Made by a program: the position numbers and the translations under genes. A stretch of 20,000 bases of DNA, taken from an uncultured virus (IMG/VR IMGVR_UViG_2619619299_000002). Lineage: Duplodnaviria; Heunggongvirae; Uroviricota; Caudoviricetes. How positions within the stretch are numbered: position 1 is the stretch's first letter; every line of letters starts with the position of its first letter. The stretch lies in the IMG/VR virus record IMGVR_UViG_2619619299_000002; one strand, given 5' to 3'. Of the stretch, positions 1 through 7,877 are shown in pieces. The notes below the pieces were generated by a model. The model did not search any database and had not been told where the DNA came from. It saw only the letters and a list, made by a program, of their open reading frames with translations.

Positions 1-1
1 C

Positions 2-1900
2 GATGACCTGGCAATCCCGCTGTACCGGGTGGTGAGCGTGGCCCGGTCGGAGCCTGGCGTGTTTGAGATCTCGGCCGTGCAGTATGACCCGAGCAAGTTC
101 GCGCACATCGACACCGGCGCGCGCCTGGAAGAACGCCCAATCAGCGTTGTGCCGATTACCGTCGTTCCGGCGCCGGCGAGCGTCAAGCTGACGTCAAGCT
201 ACGCCGTTAACCAGGGCATCGCCATCAGCACCATGAACATCTCGTGGCCCGCTGTTGCTGGCGCGGTCGCCTATGACGTGGAGTGGCGCAAGGACAGCGG
301 CAACTGGATCAAGGTGCAGCGCACCGGTTCGACCAGTGTCGACGTCACTGGCATTTACTCCGGCGCCTACGTGGCCCGGGTTCGGTCGGTGAGCGCCTTT
401 GAGATCTCCTCGATCTGGAAGACCTCCAATCTGACCAACCTGGAAGGGAAGGTTGGCTTGCCGCCGGCGGTGGCGTTCCTGACCACCACCAGCCTGGTCT
501 ATGGCATTGGCATCCAGTGGGGCTTCCCGCCGGGCGCTGAGGACACCCAGCGGACGGAGCTTTGGTACAGCCAGTCACCGGACCTAACCACTGCGGTGAA
601 GCTGAGCGACTTCAGCTACCCGCAGGCCAAGCACGAGATGCAGAACATCCTGGCCGGGGCGAGCGTCTACTTCTGGGCTCGCCTGGTGGACCGTACCGGC
701 AACGTCGGGCCGTTCTGGCCGATCACGGGCGCCGTGAATGGCCGGGCCAGTTCTGATCAGACGGAGTACGACAAGTACTTCGCCGAGAAGATCGGCAAGG
801 GCGCGCTGTACCAGAGCCTGCGGGAAGAAATCGACCTGATTACTGGTGATGAGCCGGGCTCGGTCAACGATCGCCTGGAGAAGGCCAAGCAGGAGCTGGA
901 GGATCTGATCTCGGAAGTGGTCGACGCTCTGGAGTACGTCTCCACGAAGACCTACGCCAAGGGCGACATGGTCCGGGTAGGCCAGCAGTTGTTCCAGGCC
1001 ACCAAGGCGGTACCGGTCAACACCACACCGCCGAACGCCAACTACTGGTTCAACCTGGGCACCATCGCCGAAACGAATGAGGCGATGGCACTGGAAATCA
1101 GCCAGAACAAGGCAGCCATCGAAGAGGTGGACGGCAAGGTCACGGCCACCGCCGAACGCTTGGAAGGCGTCTATGCGCTGGTGAAATCCGACTCTGCAGG
1201 CTCGGAGGAGGGTAGCGCGGGGGATGACACCGCCTCGGCCGGGGCCTGGTCGCTGATGTCCGCAATTGCTGAGCGGGATTTCGCGCAGTCGCAGCGTACA
1301 GATATTGTCGAAGCGAATGTGGCGGCGAACGCGGCAAGCATCACGACCGTGCAGACAGCCGTGGCAACTGACAAAGCTGCCACTGCCGAAGAGATCAAAA
1401 CCCTAAAGGCGGTTGCCGGCGATAACTCGGCAGCTATTCAGGTCGTCAGCAAAGCTCAGGCCACCACCGACGGGAAGGTTTCGTCGATGGTTACGTTCAA
1501 GGCCCAAACCACTGCTGGAGGAAAGACGGTCGCCTCCGGCTTCGCGTTTGGCTCAGATGGCGAGCAGTCGGAGTTTCTGATTTTTGCGCAGCGTTTTGCG
1601 GTAGTCGACGAGGTTAGCGGACAGCTCACTCCTATGTTTGTTGTTCAGGGGAACCAGGTAGTCCTCAATCAGGCAATTATCAGCAAGGCCTTTATCCAGG
1701 AGATCATTCTGGGGATGACGCTGAAATCAGAGACGGTCGACTCCAAGGGGCGGCCGTTACTGGAGATCAATGTCAAGGCCGGCACGTTCACGCTTCGCAG
1801 CGCCGGCACCGGTGGCTCGACACTGCTCAATAACGATGGCCTTTCGGTATACGACATCAACGAGCTTCTGCGTGTATTGGTGGGGAGGCTTTCGCCATGA
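2..1900 (+). CDS. Phage tail tip / host specificity protein (lambda gpJ-like), 5'-truncated by the window edge
   Basis: Frame is open from base 2. FN3-like segments (NISWPAVAGAVAYDVEWRKD; YFWARLVDRTGNVGPF), a coiled-coil region, and a DUF1983-like C-terminus (SEFLIFAQRFAVVD...PMFVVQGNQVVLNQAII). Confidence 0.9.
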   Translation, partial: DDLAIPLYRVVSVARSEPGVFEISAVQYDPSKFAHIDTGARLEERPISVVPITVVPAPASVKLTSSYAVNQGIAISTMNISWPAVAGAVAYDVEWRKDSGNWIKVQRTGSTSVDVTGIYSGAYVARVRSVSAFEISSIWKTSNLTNLEGKVGLPPAVAFLTTTSLVYGIGIQWGFPPGAEDTQRTELWYSQSPDLTTAVKLSDFSYPQAKHEMQNILAGASVYFWARLVDRTGNVGPFWPITGAVNGRASSDQTEYDKYFAEKIGKGALYQSLREEIDLITGDEPGSVNDRLEKAKQELEDLISEVVDALEYVSTKTYAKGDMVRVGQQLFQATKAVPVNTTPPNANYWFNLGTIAETNEAMALEISQNKAAIEEVDGKVTATAERLEGVYALVKSDSAGSEEGSAGDDTASAGAWSLMSAIAERDFAQSQRTDIVEANVAANAASITTVQTAVATDKAATAEEIKTLKAVAGDNSAAIQVVSKAQATTDGKVSSMVTFKAQTTAGGKTVASGFAFGSDGEQSEFLIFAQRFAVVDEVSGQLTPMFVVQGNQVVLNQAIISKAFIQEIILGMTLKSETVDSKGRPLLEINVKAGTFTLRSAGTGGSTLLNNDGLSVYDINELLRVLVGRLSP

Positions 1901-2223
1901 CTTATGGAGTAAGGACGTGGAGCGCGAATGGCGTGCTCGAAATGGATACCGACAGCTACACCTATCAGGTGCTGCACAATGCAGTCTATACGCTCGCCAT
2001 GGGCGCCGTAGTTACAGCAAACATTGCCGGGTTCAACCCGGCAACATGCACAGCCGTCATACTTCCTACCCAGGCCGCAGCTAACAACTACTGCTACAGC
2101 GCTATGCCGTTTATGTCGGTAGGCGTCGGTTCGGTTGTTGTACGCTCAAAACACCCAAATGAGCCGGGCGCTATAGGATCAACAATACAGTTCAGGTTGC
2201 TTGTAATGAGGTTCAAAAATTGA
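1897..2223 (+). CDS. Small phage tail-associated protein
   Basis: ATGA overlap with the gpJ stop. MTYGVRTWSANG N-terminus is typical of genes that follow gpJ. Confidence 0.75.
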   Translation: MTYGVRTWSANGVLEMDTDSYTYQVLHNAVYTLAMGAVVTANIAGFNPATCTAVILPTQAAANNYCYSAMPFMSVGVGSVVVRSKHPNEPGAIGSTIQFRLLVMRFKN

Positions 2224-2906
2224 ATTTCGGTCTATCTGTTGTAAACGATGGAAGCTATGTACAGATAGACTCAGAGCAACCTAGGCTTTGTGCGCTGTAC
2301 AGTGGAACGTATCAGGCATCCGGCAGTTCATCGGTGTCAGTGTCGTTCCCATCCGCCATAACCACGCCGGAGCCGCCGTGCGTATTCATTCAGAACAGCT
2401 CGGCTAGACCGAATGAGCTATACACGAGCATGACCATTAGCGGCGGTCCTGGAGCTTGGACTGGGTTTTCAATAACGTCCCTGAACATTGACTTCAGGCC
2501 AACAGGCAAGTGGTTTGCAGCAGTGTTCGCGTCAATCACTAAGGCCGATTACGGGCTCAGGATGTGGGGTGCGAATGGCATGCTGATTTTCGACTCAGGG
2601 GCCGCTCCGGTGATCTTCACGAGGGCCAATAACTCATGGTCATATCAGGGGCAGGTAGTTCTAAATGCGACAGCACAGGCGTACTACTGGGCGAATGGAT
2701 CTGTTGCGCCACTGCAATCTGATGAGTATTTTATGATCAATCCATTCTCGCGAGGAATACTACAGAACCACACAAACTGGCTAACATCAGCTGTAAGGTT
2801 CAACTATTCAGAGAATAGGCTACAGGTGTTTGGGGTTAGCGCTCTCTCACCATGGACAAATATCGGTGCGCCCGGCGCGGTATTCGCCAGACTTCCCGGC
2901 ACCTGA
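2220..2906 (+). CDS. Phage tail-associated protein (228 aa, TTG start)
   Basis: TTGA overlap with the upstream stop. Two related motifs, FGLSVVND...IDSE and YGLRMWGANG..IFDS, as seen in post-J tail proteins. Confidence 0.75.
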   Translation: MNFGLSVVNDGSYVQIDSEQPRLCALYSGTYQASGSSSVSVSFPSAITTPEPPCVFIQNSSARPNELYTSMTISGGPGAWTGFSITSLNIDFRPTGKWFAAVFASITKADYGLRMWGANGMLIFDSGAAPVIFTRANNSWSYQGQVVLNATAQAYYWANGSVAPLQSDEYFMINPFSRGILQNHTNWLTSAVRFNYSENRLQVFGVSALSPWTNIGAPGAVFARLPGT

Positions 2907-2933
2907 TCTGGCACTCATCAATTGATCTACACC

Positions 2934-2955
2934 ACCCGCTACGCGGGTATTTTTT
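2934..2955 (+). terminator. Intrinsic terminator-like hairpin
   Basis: ACCCGC-TAC-GCGGGT followed by ATTTTTT. Confidence 0.65.
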
Positions 2956-2970
2956 CGCCTGGAGAAAGCC

Positions 2971-3846
2971 ATGGCAAGACAAGAAATTATTCTCGGTACA
3001 CCGCCTACAGGTCTCGGTGGCGACACGCCCCGCGTGGCGAGCTCAAAGATAAACGCGATGACCTTGGAGATCTATCAAGGCATTGGCACGCCTGCTGCGC
3101 CGCTTCCATTGGAGCGTGGTGGAACCGGCGGAAAGACGCAGGCAACCGCTCAGGCAGCCTTGGGCCTGGTTCCGGTTGGGGCAACCAATGACGTCAACCC
3201 TGGCCGACTAATGACCGTGGGATATGGCGGGGTGGGTGGGCAGTTACAAAACAGGTCAAACACTCCCGATGCAGCGTTAACCTTAATGTCGGGCGCATCA
3301 TTCTCCTACGGGGGGCAGGGCGGTTCATATCCTACAGGCGCTACGGACGGCGCACTGATAAGCCTTAGCTATGAGACTACTGGATCGTTTGTTTATCAGA
3401 TGCTGGGGGACTGGCGAACCGGGTATCTACATAGACGTGGACGCGCCGCCGGCACATCCGGCGCATGGGCAATGATTTACGACACTGTAAACATTAGTCT
3501 TGATCCTTCTAACGGCGGAATCTTGAAAAGAACCGTTGTGGGAGGAATCGCCATTACCAAGTATGCTGATGGAAGAAATATAGCAAACGGAACTTTTCAG
3601 GCTAATACCGCCAGTTTACCTGCAGGCTCGACGGTAGTCTCAATAGCTCTGCCATTTAGTATCGGTGCAGATGATGGCTTTTCAACAGCAAATATTGTTG
3701 TGCAGCCGAGTAATACTTATGATCATTATGGGGCAATTTCCGCATATATAACGAGCGGCGGCACCGTTCTTAATGTGGCTATTCGTAATGGGGCGGGCGC
3801 TCAAACATTCAAGGTAAGCGGTACGATTATGGGGCATTGGAAATGA
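2971..3846 (+). CDS. Tail fibre / receptor-binding protein
   Basis: MARQEIILGTPPTGLGGDTPR N-terminus, a GGTGG motif, a Gly-rich knob-like central part and a KYADG...GHWK C-terminus. GGAGA RBS upstream. Confidence 0.8.
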   Translation: MARQEIILGTPPTGLGGDTPRVASSKINAMTLEIYQGIGTPAAPLPLERGGTGGKTQATAQAALGLVPVGATNDVNPGRLMTVGYGGVGGQLQNRSNTPDAALTLMSGASFSYGGQGGSYPTGATDGALISLSYETTGSFVYQMLGDWRTGYLHRRGRAAGTSGAWAMIYDTVNISLDPSNGGILKRTVVGGIAITKYADGRNIANGTFQANTASLPAGSTVVSIALPFSIGADDGFSTANIVVQPSNTYDHYGAISAYITSGGTVLNVAIRNGAGAQTFKVSGTIMGHWK

Positions 3847-4229
3847 AGATTAAGTTATTTCCATCACTGGATTTTGACACGATAGCTGCCGTTATCGATG
3901 GTGACAAAATTACTATCAATGGTGAGATTATCGATCTTTCTGGAATACCCGATGGATATCGTCTTCCTGCCATCGCAGTTGGAAACAGATTTTTTTTGTC
4001 GGGGTCAGGGGACTACGTTGAACGTATCGGGAAGACTTTACACTTTGCATTAAGATTGCCGGTAGCGTGGGATAGTCCCGAGGAATACCGCAATCCAGTA
4101 GAGCCAATCGTAATCGATGCACACAACGGTCCTGTAAAGTTTCCCGACACTTCGCCGCCTGCAGCACCCGTAATTGAACTGCCAGAAATTCAGGAGAAAC
4201 AAGAAAATGGTGGATTTGAGCCAGCTTGA
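3843..4229 (+). CDS. Putative tail fibre assembly/chaperone-like protein
   Basis: ATGA overlap with the fibre stop. The GDKITINGEIIDLSGIPDGYRLP motif is common in post-fibre ORFs of Pseudomonas phages. Confidence 0.7.
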   Translation: MKIKLFPSLDFDTIAAVIDGDKITINGEIIDLSGIPDGYRLPAIAVGNRFFLSGSGDYVERIGKTLHFALRLPVAWDSPEEYRNPVEPIVIDAHNGPVKFPDTSPPAAPVIELPEIQEKQENGGFEPA

Positions 4230-4419
4230 ACCGATCAAGACCGCGCAGGATCTGGCGGACGAGGTCATCCTCGACCAGGCCCGCGCATACCTGAATGAGA
4301 CCAACTGGCATGCCTTCGCCCTACTTGAGGATGGCACACTCATCCCGGACGACATCAAAGAGGCACGCACAGCCGCCCGCGCAACCATCAATCGGTTGAG
4401 CCCTCCACCAGCGTCTTGA
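4207..4419 (+). CDS. Small post-fibre phage protein (assembly-type)
   Basis: AGGAG RBS upstream of the ATG at 4207. ARAYLNETNW...IPDDIKEARTAARATI motif. Confidence 0.7.
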   Translation: MVDLSQLEPIKTAQDLADEVILDQARAYLNETNWHAFALLEDGTLIPDDIKEARTAARATINRLSPPPAS

Positions 4420-4501
4420 GTTTCCACCGAACGCCGCCACCCGCTATGAGCTGGTTTGTGTTTACTGGAGATATAGCCATGTGGTGTGTATGCGTGAGAT
4501 G

Positions 4502-4525
4502 AGGCGGCACTACTTAAGCCGCCCT
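4502..4525 (-). terminator. Hairpin downstream of the antisense moron
   Basis: GGCGGC-9 nt-GCCGCC just past the stop of 4537-4758. The U-tract is weak. Confidence 0.4.
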
Positions 4526-4536
4526 TTAACTAGTTG

Positions 4537-4758
4537 CTAGGGGTATGGCTTAGTTATGGTTTGATGTCCCGTTTTGAAAGCGTGCTCTTGACCGGATTTA
4601 ATGCAATCTTGCTGTGTGCCGGTACAAAGAACCCTGTTGCCTTCGGTTGGGCATGTAGTTTGAAAGTCCACTGCGAATGCATAGAGCGAGAGAGCTGCGC
4701 AAAAGGCGCCACCGCATACAGCAAAAAATTTAGACCGTTTTCCAGTTATGGCGTTCAT
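4537..4758 (-). CDS. Small Cys-rich, probably exported protein (moron)
   Basis: GGAG RBS 8 nt before the ATG. Basic-then-hydrophobic N-terminus ending in AFA. Lies in an AT-richer segment, antisense to the late genes. Confidence 0.55.
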   Translation of the reverse strand: MNAITGKRSKFFAVCGGAFCAALSLYAFAVDFQTTCPTEGNRVLCTGTQQDCIKSGQEHAFKTGHQTITKPYP

Positions 4759-4908
4759 ATATTCACTCCAGTTATTGAGTGTTGGCTGAGGCTATATGTC
4801 TTGCAGCTAAAACTTCATATGCGCCGCTGATGAATGCATAGCTCAGTCCTCTTGAGGATAGATCACTCTGACGAGACATCCACCTTTGTATTAACTCATT
4901 GATTTGTC

Positions 4909-4933
4909 GCCCGCCACGAGCGGGCATTTTTTT
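4909..4933 (+). terminator. Intrinsic terminator-like hairpin before the endolysin
   Basis: GCCCGC-CACGA-GCGGGC followed by ATTTTTTT. Confidence 0.7.
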
Positions 4934-4948
4934 GTCTGGAGAAAAGCA

Positions 4949-5458
4949 ATGGCCCGAATTTCCGAACCACTCGCCGGTGGCCGCAACACGCTGGCGTTCC
5001 TCGACATGCTCGCCTGGAGCGAGGGCACCAGCACATCTCCGTCCACGGCCATGGATGGTTACGACGTGATCGTCACCGGCGCCGATCGTAAGCCCGAGGT
5101 CTTCAAGGACTTCACCAATCACCCGTTCGCCAAGGGGCGCGCGTCGAAGGTCATCAACAGCAAGGGGCTGACGTCCAATGCTTCCGGCCGATACCAGCAG
5201 ATGCTGAAGGACTGGCCGCACTACAAGGCGCTGCTCAAGCTGCCGGACTTCAGCCCGATCAGCCAAGACCTTCTTGCGCTGCAGCACATACGCGAGTGCA
5301 GGGCTTTGCCCGACGTGGTGGCCGGGCGGATCGAAACGGCTATCGCGAAGTGCCGGAACATCTGGGCGAGCCTGCCCGGCGCGGGATACGGGCAGCGCGA
5401 ACACCGCCTGGAGGATTTGCTGAAGCAGTACCGGCTGGCGGGCGGGGTGATGTCGTGA
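4949..5458 (+). CDS. Endolysin, lambda R-like lysozyme / lytic transglycosylase
   Basis: AFLDMLAWSEGT (catalytic Glu), ASGRYQ, DFSPISQD and IWASLPGAGYGQ motifs. Confidence 0.92.
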   Translation: MARISEPLAGGRNTLAFLDMLAWSEGTSTSPSTAMDGYDVIVTGADRKPEVFKDFTNHPFAKGRASKVINSKGLTSNASGRYQQMLKDWPHYKALLKLPDFSPISQDLLALQHIRECRALPDVVAGRIETAIAKCRNIWASLPGAGYGQREHRLEDLLKQYRLAGGVMS

Positions 5459-5961
5459 CGCCCGGACAGATCCTGGCCGCGATCCTGCTGGCGATGGTCA
5501 TCAGCTTTGGCGGTGCCTGGCAGGTGCAGGACTGGCGGATGGGCGAGAAGCTCGCCGAGCAGGCAGGCCTGCACAAGGATGACCTTGCGGCGATCAGCAA
5601 TGCCGCCGCCGCTCAAACCCGCGTCGAGCAGGACAAGCGCCTGGCCCTGGAGCAGCAGCTCGCCGGCCAGGACCAACAACACACCAGGGAATTATCCGAT
5701 GCCCAACGCAACCAGGCTGTTCTGCGCGATCGCCTTGCCACTTCTGATGTCCGGCTGTCAGTCCTTCTCGACGCCGCGGATTCAGCCAGTAGCTGCAACG
5801 TGCCTGCCACCCCCGGCGCCGTCGGCGTGGTTCATGGAGCCGCGCGAGCCCAACTTGACCCAGCGCATGCTCAACGAATTCTCGCCATCACCGGTGACGG
5901 CGATCAAGGATTGATCGCGCTGCGGGCGTGCCAGGCGTATGTCAGGGCGATAGCTCGCTGA
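5455..5961 (+). CDS. Rz: Inner-membrane spanin Rz-like
   Basis: GTGA overlap with the endolysin stop. N-terminal TM helix, coiled coil, LRDRLATSDVRLSV and LRACQAYV motifs. Confidence 0.88.
   Translation: MTPGQILAAILLAMVISFGGAWQVQDWRMGEKLAEQAGLHKDDLAAISNAAAAQTRVEQDKRLALEQQLAGQDQQHTRELSDAQRNQAVLRDRLATSDVRLSVLLDAADSASSCNVPATPGAVGVVHGAARAQLDPAHAQRILAITGDGDQGLIALRACQAYVRAIAR
5699..5914 (+). CDS. Rz1: Outer-membrane spanin Rz1-like lipoprotein, fully embedded in Rz (+1 frame)
   Basis: MPNATRLFCAIALPLLMSGC signal peptide with lipobox. Pro-rich mature part (CLPPPAPSAWFMEP). Confidence 0.8.
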   Translation: MPNATRLFCAIALPLLMSGCQSFSTPRIQPVAATCLPPPAPSAWFMEPREPNLTQRMLNEFSPSPVTAIKD

Positions 5962-5969
5962 CTGTCTGA

Positions 5970-6179
5970 TCAGTCAGGAGCCATGAGGACGGCCAGGGTC
6001 AGCTTGATGAACTCTTCGTTCTCGTCGATGGTGTGCAGAGCGCCGCGCACGTTCTCGGCCACATCAGCGGAGCCACGCTGCTCGACCCAGTTCGAGATCT
6101 CCATGATGGACGCCTCAAGGGCCAGCTGGTTTTCGTAGAGCTTGGAGAGCAGGGAAGGGAGTAGGTCTGAGTTGGGCAT
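5970..6179 (-). CDS. Hypothetical protein typical of Pseudomonas prophage ends
   Basis: GAGG RBS and host-like codon use (MPNSDLLPSLL...ENQLALEA). Confidence 0.7.
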   Translation of the reverse strand: MPNSDLLPSLLSKLYENQLALEASIMEISNWVEQRGSADVAENVRGALHTIDENEEFIKLTLAVLMAPD

Positions 6180-6355
6180 CGGCGGTCCTCTGGTGGAGTG
6201 AACAGCTTAGCAGTCGGTGTTCTTTGGGGTGTTTGTGTTCGGTCGGCAGGACGCCGGGGGAGGGGTAAGTCGTTTCCGCAACCTGATGCGCGCCCCTTGT
6301 TCTATGCGGCTTGTAGGGCATCAAAAAATGCTCTGGTGCGGAAATGATGAAGACC

Positions 6356-6368
6356 TAAGCTGTTGATT
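6356..6368 (-). promoter_or_regulatory. IHF binding site in the att arm
   Basis: Minus strand reads AATCAACAGCTTA, an exact match to WATCAANNNNTTR, ~20 bp from the att core. Confidence 0.7.
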
Positions 6369-6386
6369 TGTATTGTTAAGTCGGCA

Positions 6387-6447
6387 GTCTTGAAAACCGG
6401 CGAACGTTAATAGCGTTCCCAGGGTTCGAATCCCTGGTTTCCCGCCA
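6387..6447 (+). repeat. 3' half of tRNA-Ser(TGA), the prophage att core; not a complete tRNA
   Basis: Anticodon loop CTTGAAA, long variable arm GAACG-TTAATAG-CGTTC, T-arm CAGGG-TTCGAAT-CCCTG and a CCA end. The D-arm and 5' acceptor strand are absent and the anticodon stem is broken on its 5' side. Confidence 0.9.
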
Positions 6448-6458
6448 AGATTTACACG

Positions 6459-6483
6459 AAAGCCCCGCTGATGCGGGGCTTTT
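6459..6483 (+). terminator. Intrinsic terminator after the tRNA 3' end
   Basis: AAAGCCCCGC-TGAT-GCGGGGCTTTT. Confidence 0.85.
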
Positions 6484-6541
6484 GCGTTTCTGGGGTTTGC
6501 GCAGGAAAAGGCGGTTTTTGGCAGGCGTTCCGAAACTTTGC

Positions 6542-6778
6542 CTATTTGGACGGTTTCGCGGTCGCCCCGATCCTCCTGTAAACCCTCTTTGTGATCTCCT
6601 GTTTGCTGTGTCCCAGCAGCAGGCTTGCATCGCCGATATCGATGATTTCCGAGGCCGCCTTCGGCCGTATGTCGCGGAACTGAAACCCTCCAATCTTGGC
6701 CGCGAGCGTCGGATCGCCTTATTCGATGGCGTTCTGCTGAGCTTTTTCCCGCGTCTTGTCCCAGCGCAAGCGCAACAT
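6542..6778 (-). pseudogene. int: Tyrosine integrase, C-terminal remnant (not in the ORF track)
   Basis: Hand translation gives MLRLRWDKTREKAQQNAIE*GDPTLAAKIGGFQFRDIRPKAASEIIDIGDASLLLGHSKQEITKRVYRRIGATAKPSK*. It shows the RDIR, LLGH and catalytic Tyr region, one internal TAA, and no N-terminal part. Confidence 0.88.
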
Positions 6779-6857
6779 AAGGTGTCCTTGCCGCGCTGGG
6801 CGGCAGAAGGTAGCCCGCCGTTTTCCGGCAGCCTTATAGAGAAGGGATTCGGGATCT

Positions 6858-7043
6858 CTACATCAAGGTTGCGAGATATGCCCCTGCGATATGCCGCCGC
6901 AAATCCTGGCGCTCTTCAAGGTCGATGAGGGCAAGCCGAAGCAGGCGGTCTGTCCATCGGTCGTATTCTCGGAAGAAGCGATTCCTAGACTTGCGAGTTT
7001 GTACTGACGCAATTGCGATGACTGCTTCTGCGAAATGTTTCAT
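6858..7043 (-). CDS. Small phage hypothetical protein
   Basis: AAGGA RBS upstream. 61-aa basic ORF adjacent to the integrase remnant. Confidence 0.6.
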   Translation of the reverse strand: MKHFAEAVIAIASVQTRKSRNRFFREYDRWTDRLLRLALIDLEERQDLRRHIAGAYLATLM

Positions 7044-7102
7044 GAGGCATTCCTTGTGGGGTGAGCCTCAATGGTTGATGTACAGGGGTGTCGGTTTCCC
7101 GA

Positions 7103-7408
7103 CTATTTATCTTTCGCACCCTTCATAAATGTGATCCAGTGCGTTTTCTCGCGCTTGCCGGATTTGTGGCCAAACAGCGGCTGCTCATCGGTAAGGGCAA
7201 GAATTTCGCTGACCCGGATCTGGGTTTCGTTCCACTTGAAGATCAGGAACTGGCCTGGCTTCAGAGCGCGGAAGCACTCGGCGAACCCTTTGCAGAGGTC
7301 GTCGCGCCACTCATCGGTGAGGATCCCATACTTGAGCCGCAGCCAGCTTTCGCAGCCGGCGCGCACTAAGTGCGGAGGATCGAACACCACCCTGTTGAAG
7401 CTGGCGTC
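7103..7408 (-). pseudogene. Phage class I SAM-dependent (amino-type DNA) methyltransferase with the N-terminus deleted
   Basis: DASFNRVVFDPPHL...KGFAECFRALKPG..LIFKWNE. The SAM-binding N-terminus is missing. Confidence 0.8.
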
Positions 7409-7806
7409 ACCTCGTCCAGGTGTTCCAGGTCCTCGTGGGCGATCTTGAATGTTTCAATGTTCTTTACGCGGTAGAACGAGCAGTCGCAGTTCTTGCGAGC
7501 GTAGGCATCGAGCAGGTCTTCCAGCTCTTGCTTGGCATCGGCGCTTACGTTTGGGAAGTCGTCTGCCCACTCTCCGAGGTCGCTTGAACTTGCGTTGTTG
7601 GCCATGGCGTCGATCACTGCGTCTGGATCGACAAACTCAGCGGGGTCTGCATAGTGCATTTCGCCGCGCTGGCATTCGTCGCCCGGTGAAAAATCTTCGT
7701 TTTTGCTGATGAACGAGCACCAGTCTGCGGTCCAGTCTTCGCCATTGGTTGAGTAGGCGTACTCGATACCGGGTTGGGCGACTGGCAAAACAGTTTCTTC
7801 GGGCAT
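7366..7806 (-). CDS. Acidic phage hypothetical protein; C-terminus probably read through a deletion junction
   Basis: AAGGA RBS. The ORF ends ...EVTP and then runs out of frame into the methyltransferase remnant. Confidence 0.65.
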   Translation of the reverse strand: MPEETVLPVAQPGIEYAYSTNGEDWTADWCSFISKNEDFSPGDECQRGEMHYADPAEFVDPDAVIDAMANNASSSDLGEWADDFPNVSADAKQELEDLLDAYARKNCDCSFYRVKNIETFKIAHEDLEHLDEVTPASTGWCSILRT

Positions 7807-7877
7807 GACTGTTCCTTGCCGCTATAGCGGCTTACTTTGAAGGGGTAGGGGGGTAGATGAAGCGAATGAGTGAGGCG

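Larger units (their letters stand above)
1..6447 (+). mobile_element. Right end of a lambdoid prophage (tail, lysis genes, att); the left part lies outside the window
   Basis: Co-oriented tail tip, fibre, endolysin and spanin ORFs, several with overlapping stop/start codons, ending at a partial tRNA-Ser preceded by an IHF consensus site. Confidence 0.9.

Noticed and set aside
2971..4419. Diversity-generating retroelement or invertible tail-fibre switch
   Set aside because: No reverse transcriptase, invertase, template/variable repeat pair or inverted fibre copies seen in the window
6190..6205. Possible LexA box (CTG-N10-CAG) upstream of 5970-6179
   Set aside because: The spacer is not AT-rich and one half-site deviates from CTGT, so it is too weak to call
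6360..6447. Complete tRNA-Ser gene
   Set aside because: No D-arm or 5' acceptor strand, and the anticodon stem does not pair on its 5' side, so only the 3' half is present
6482..6928. 148-aa + strand ORF and the 105-aa ORF at 6376-6693
   Set aside because: Shadow frames of the integrase remnant and the tRNA/terminator region
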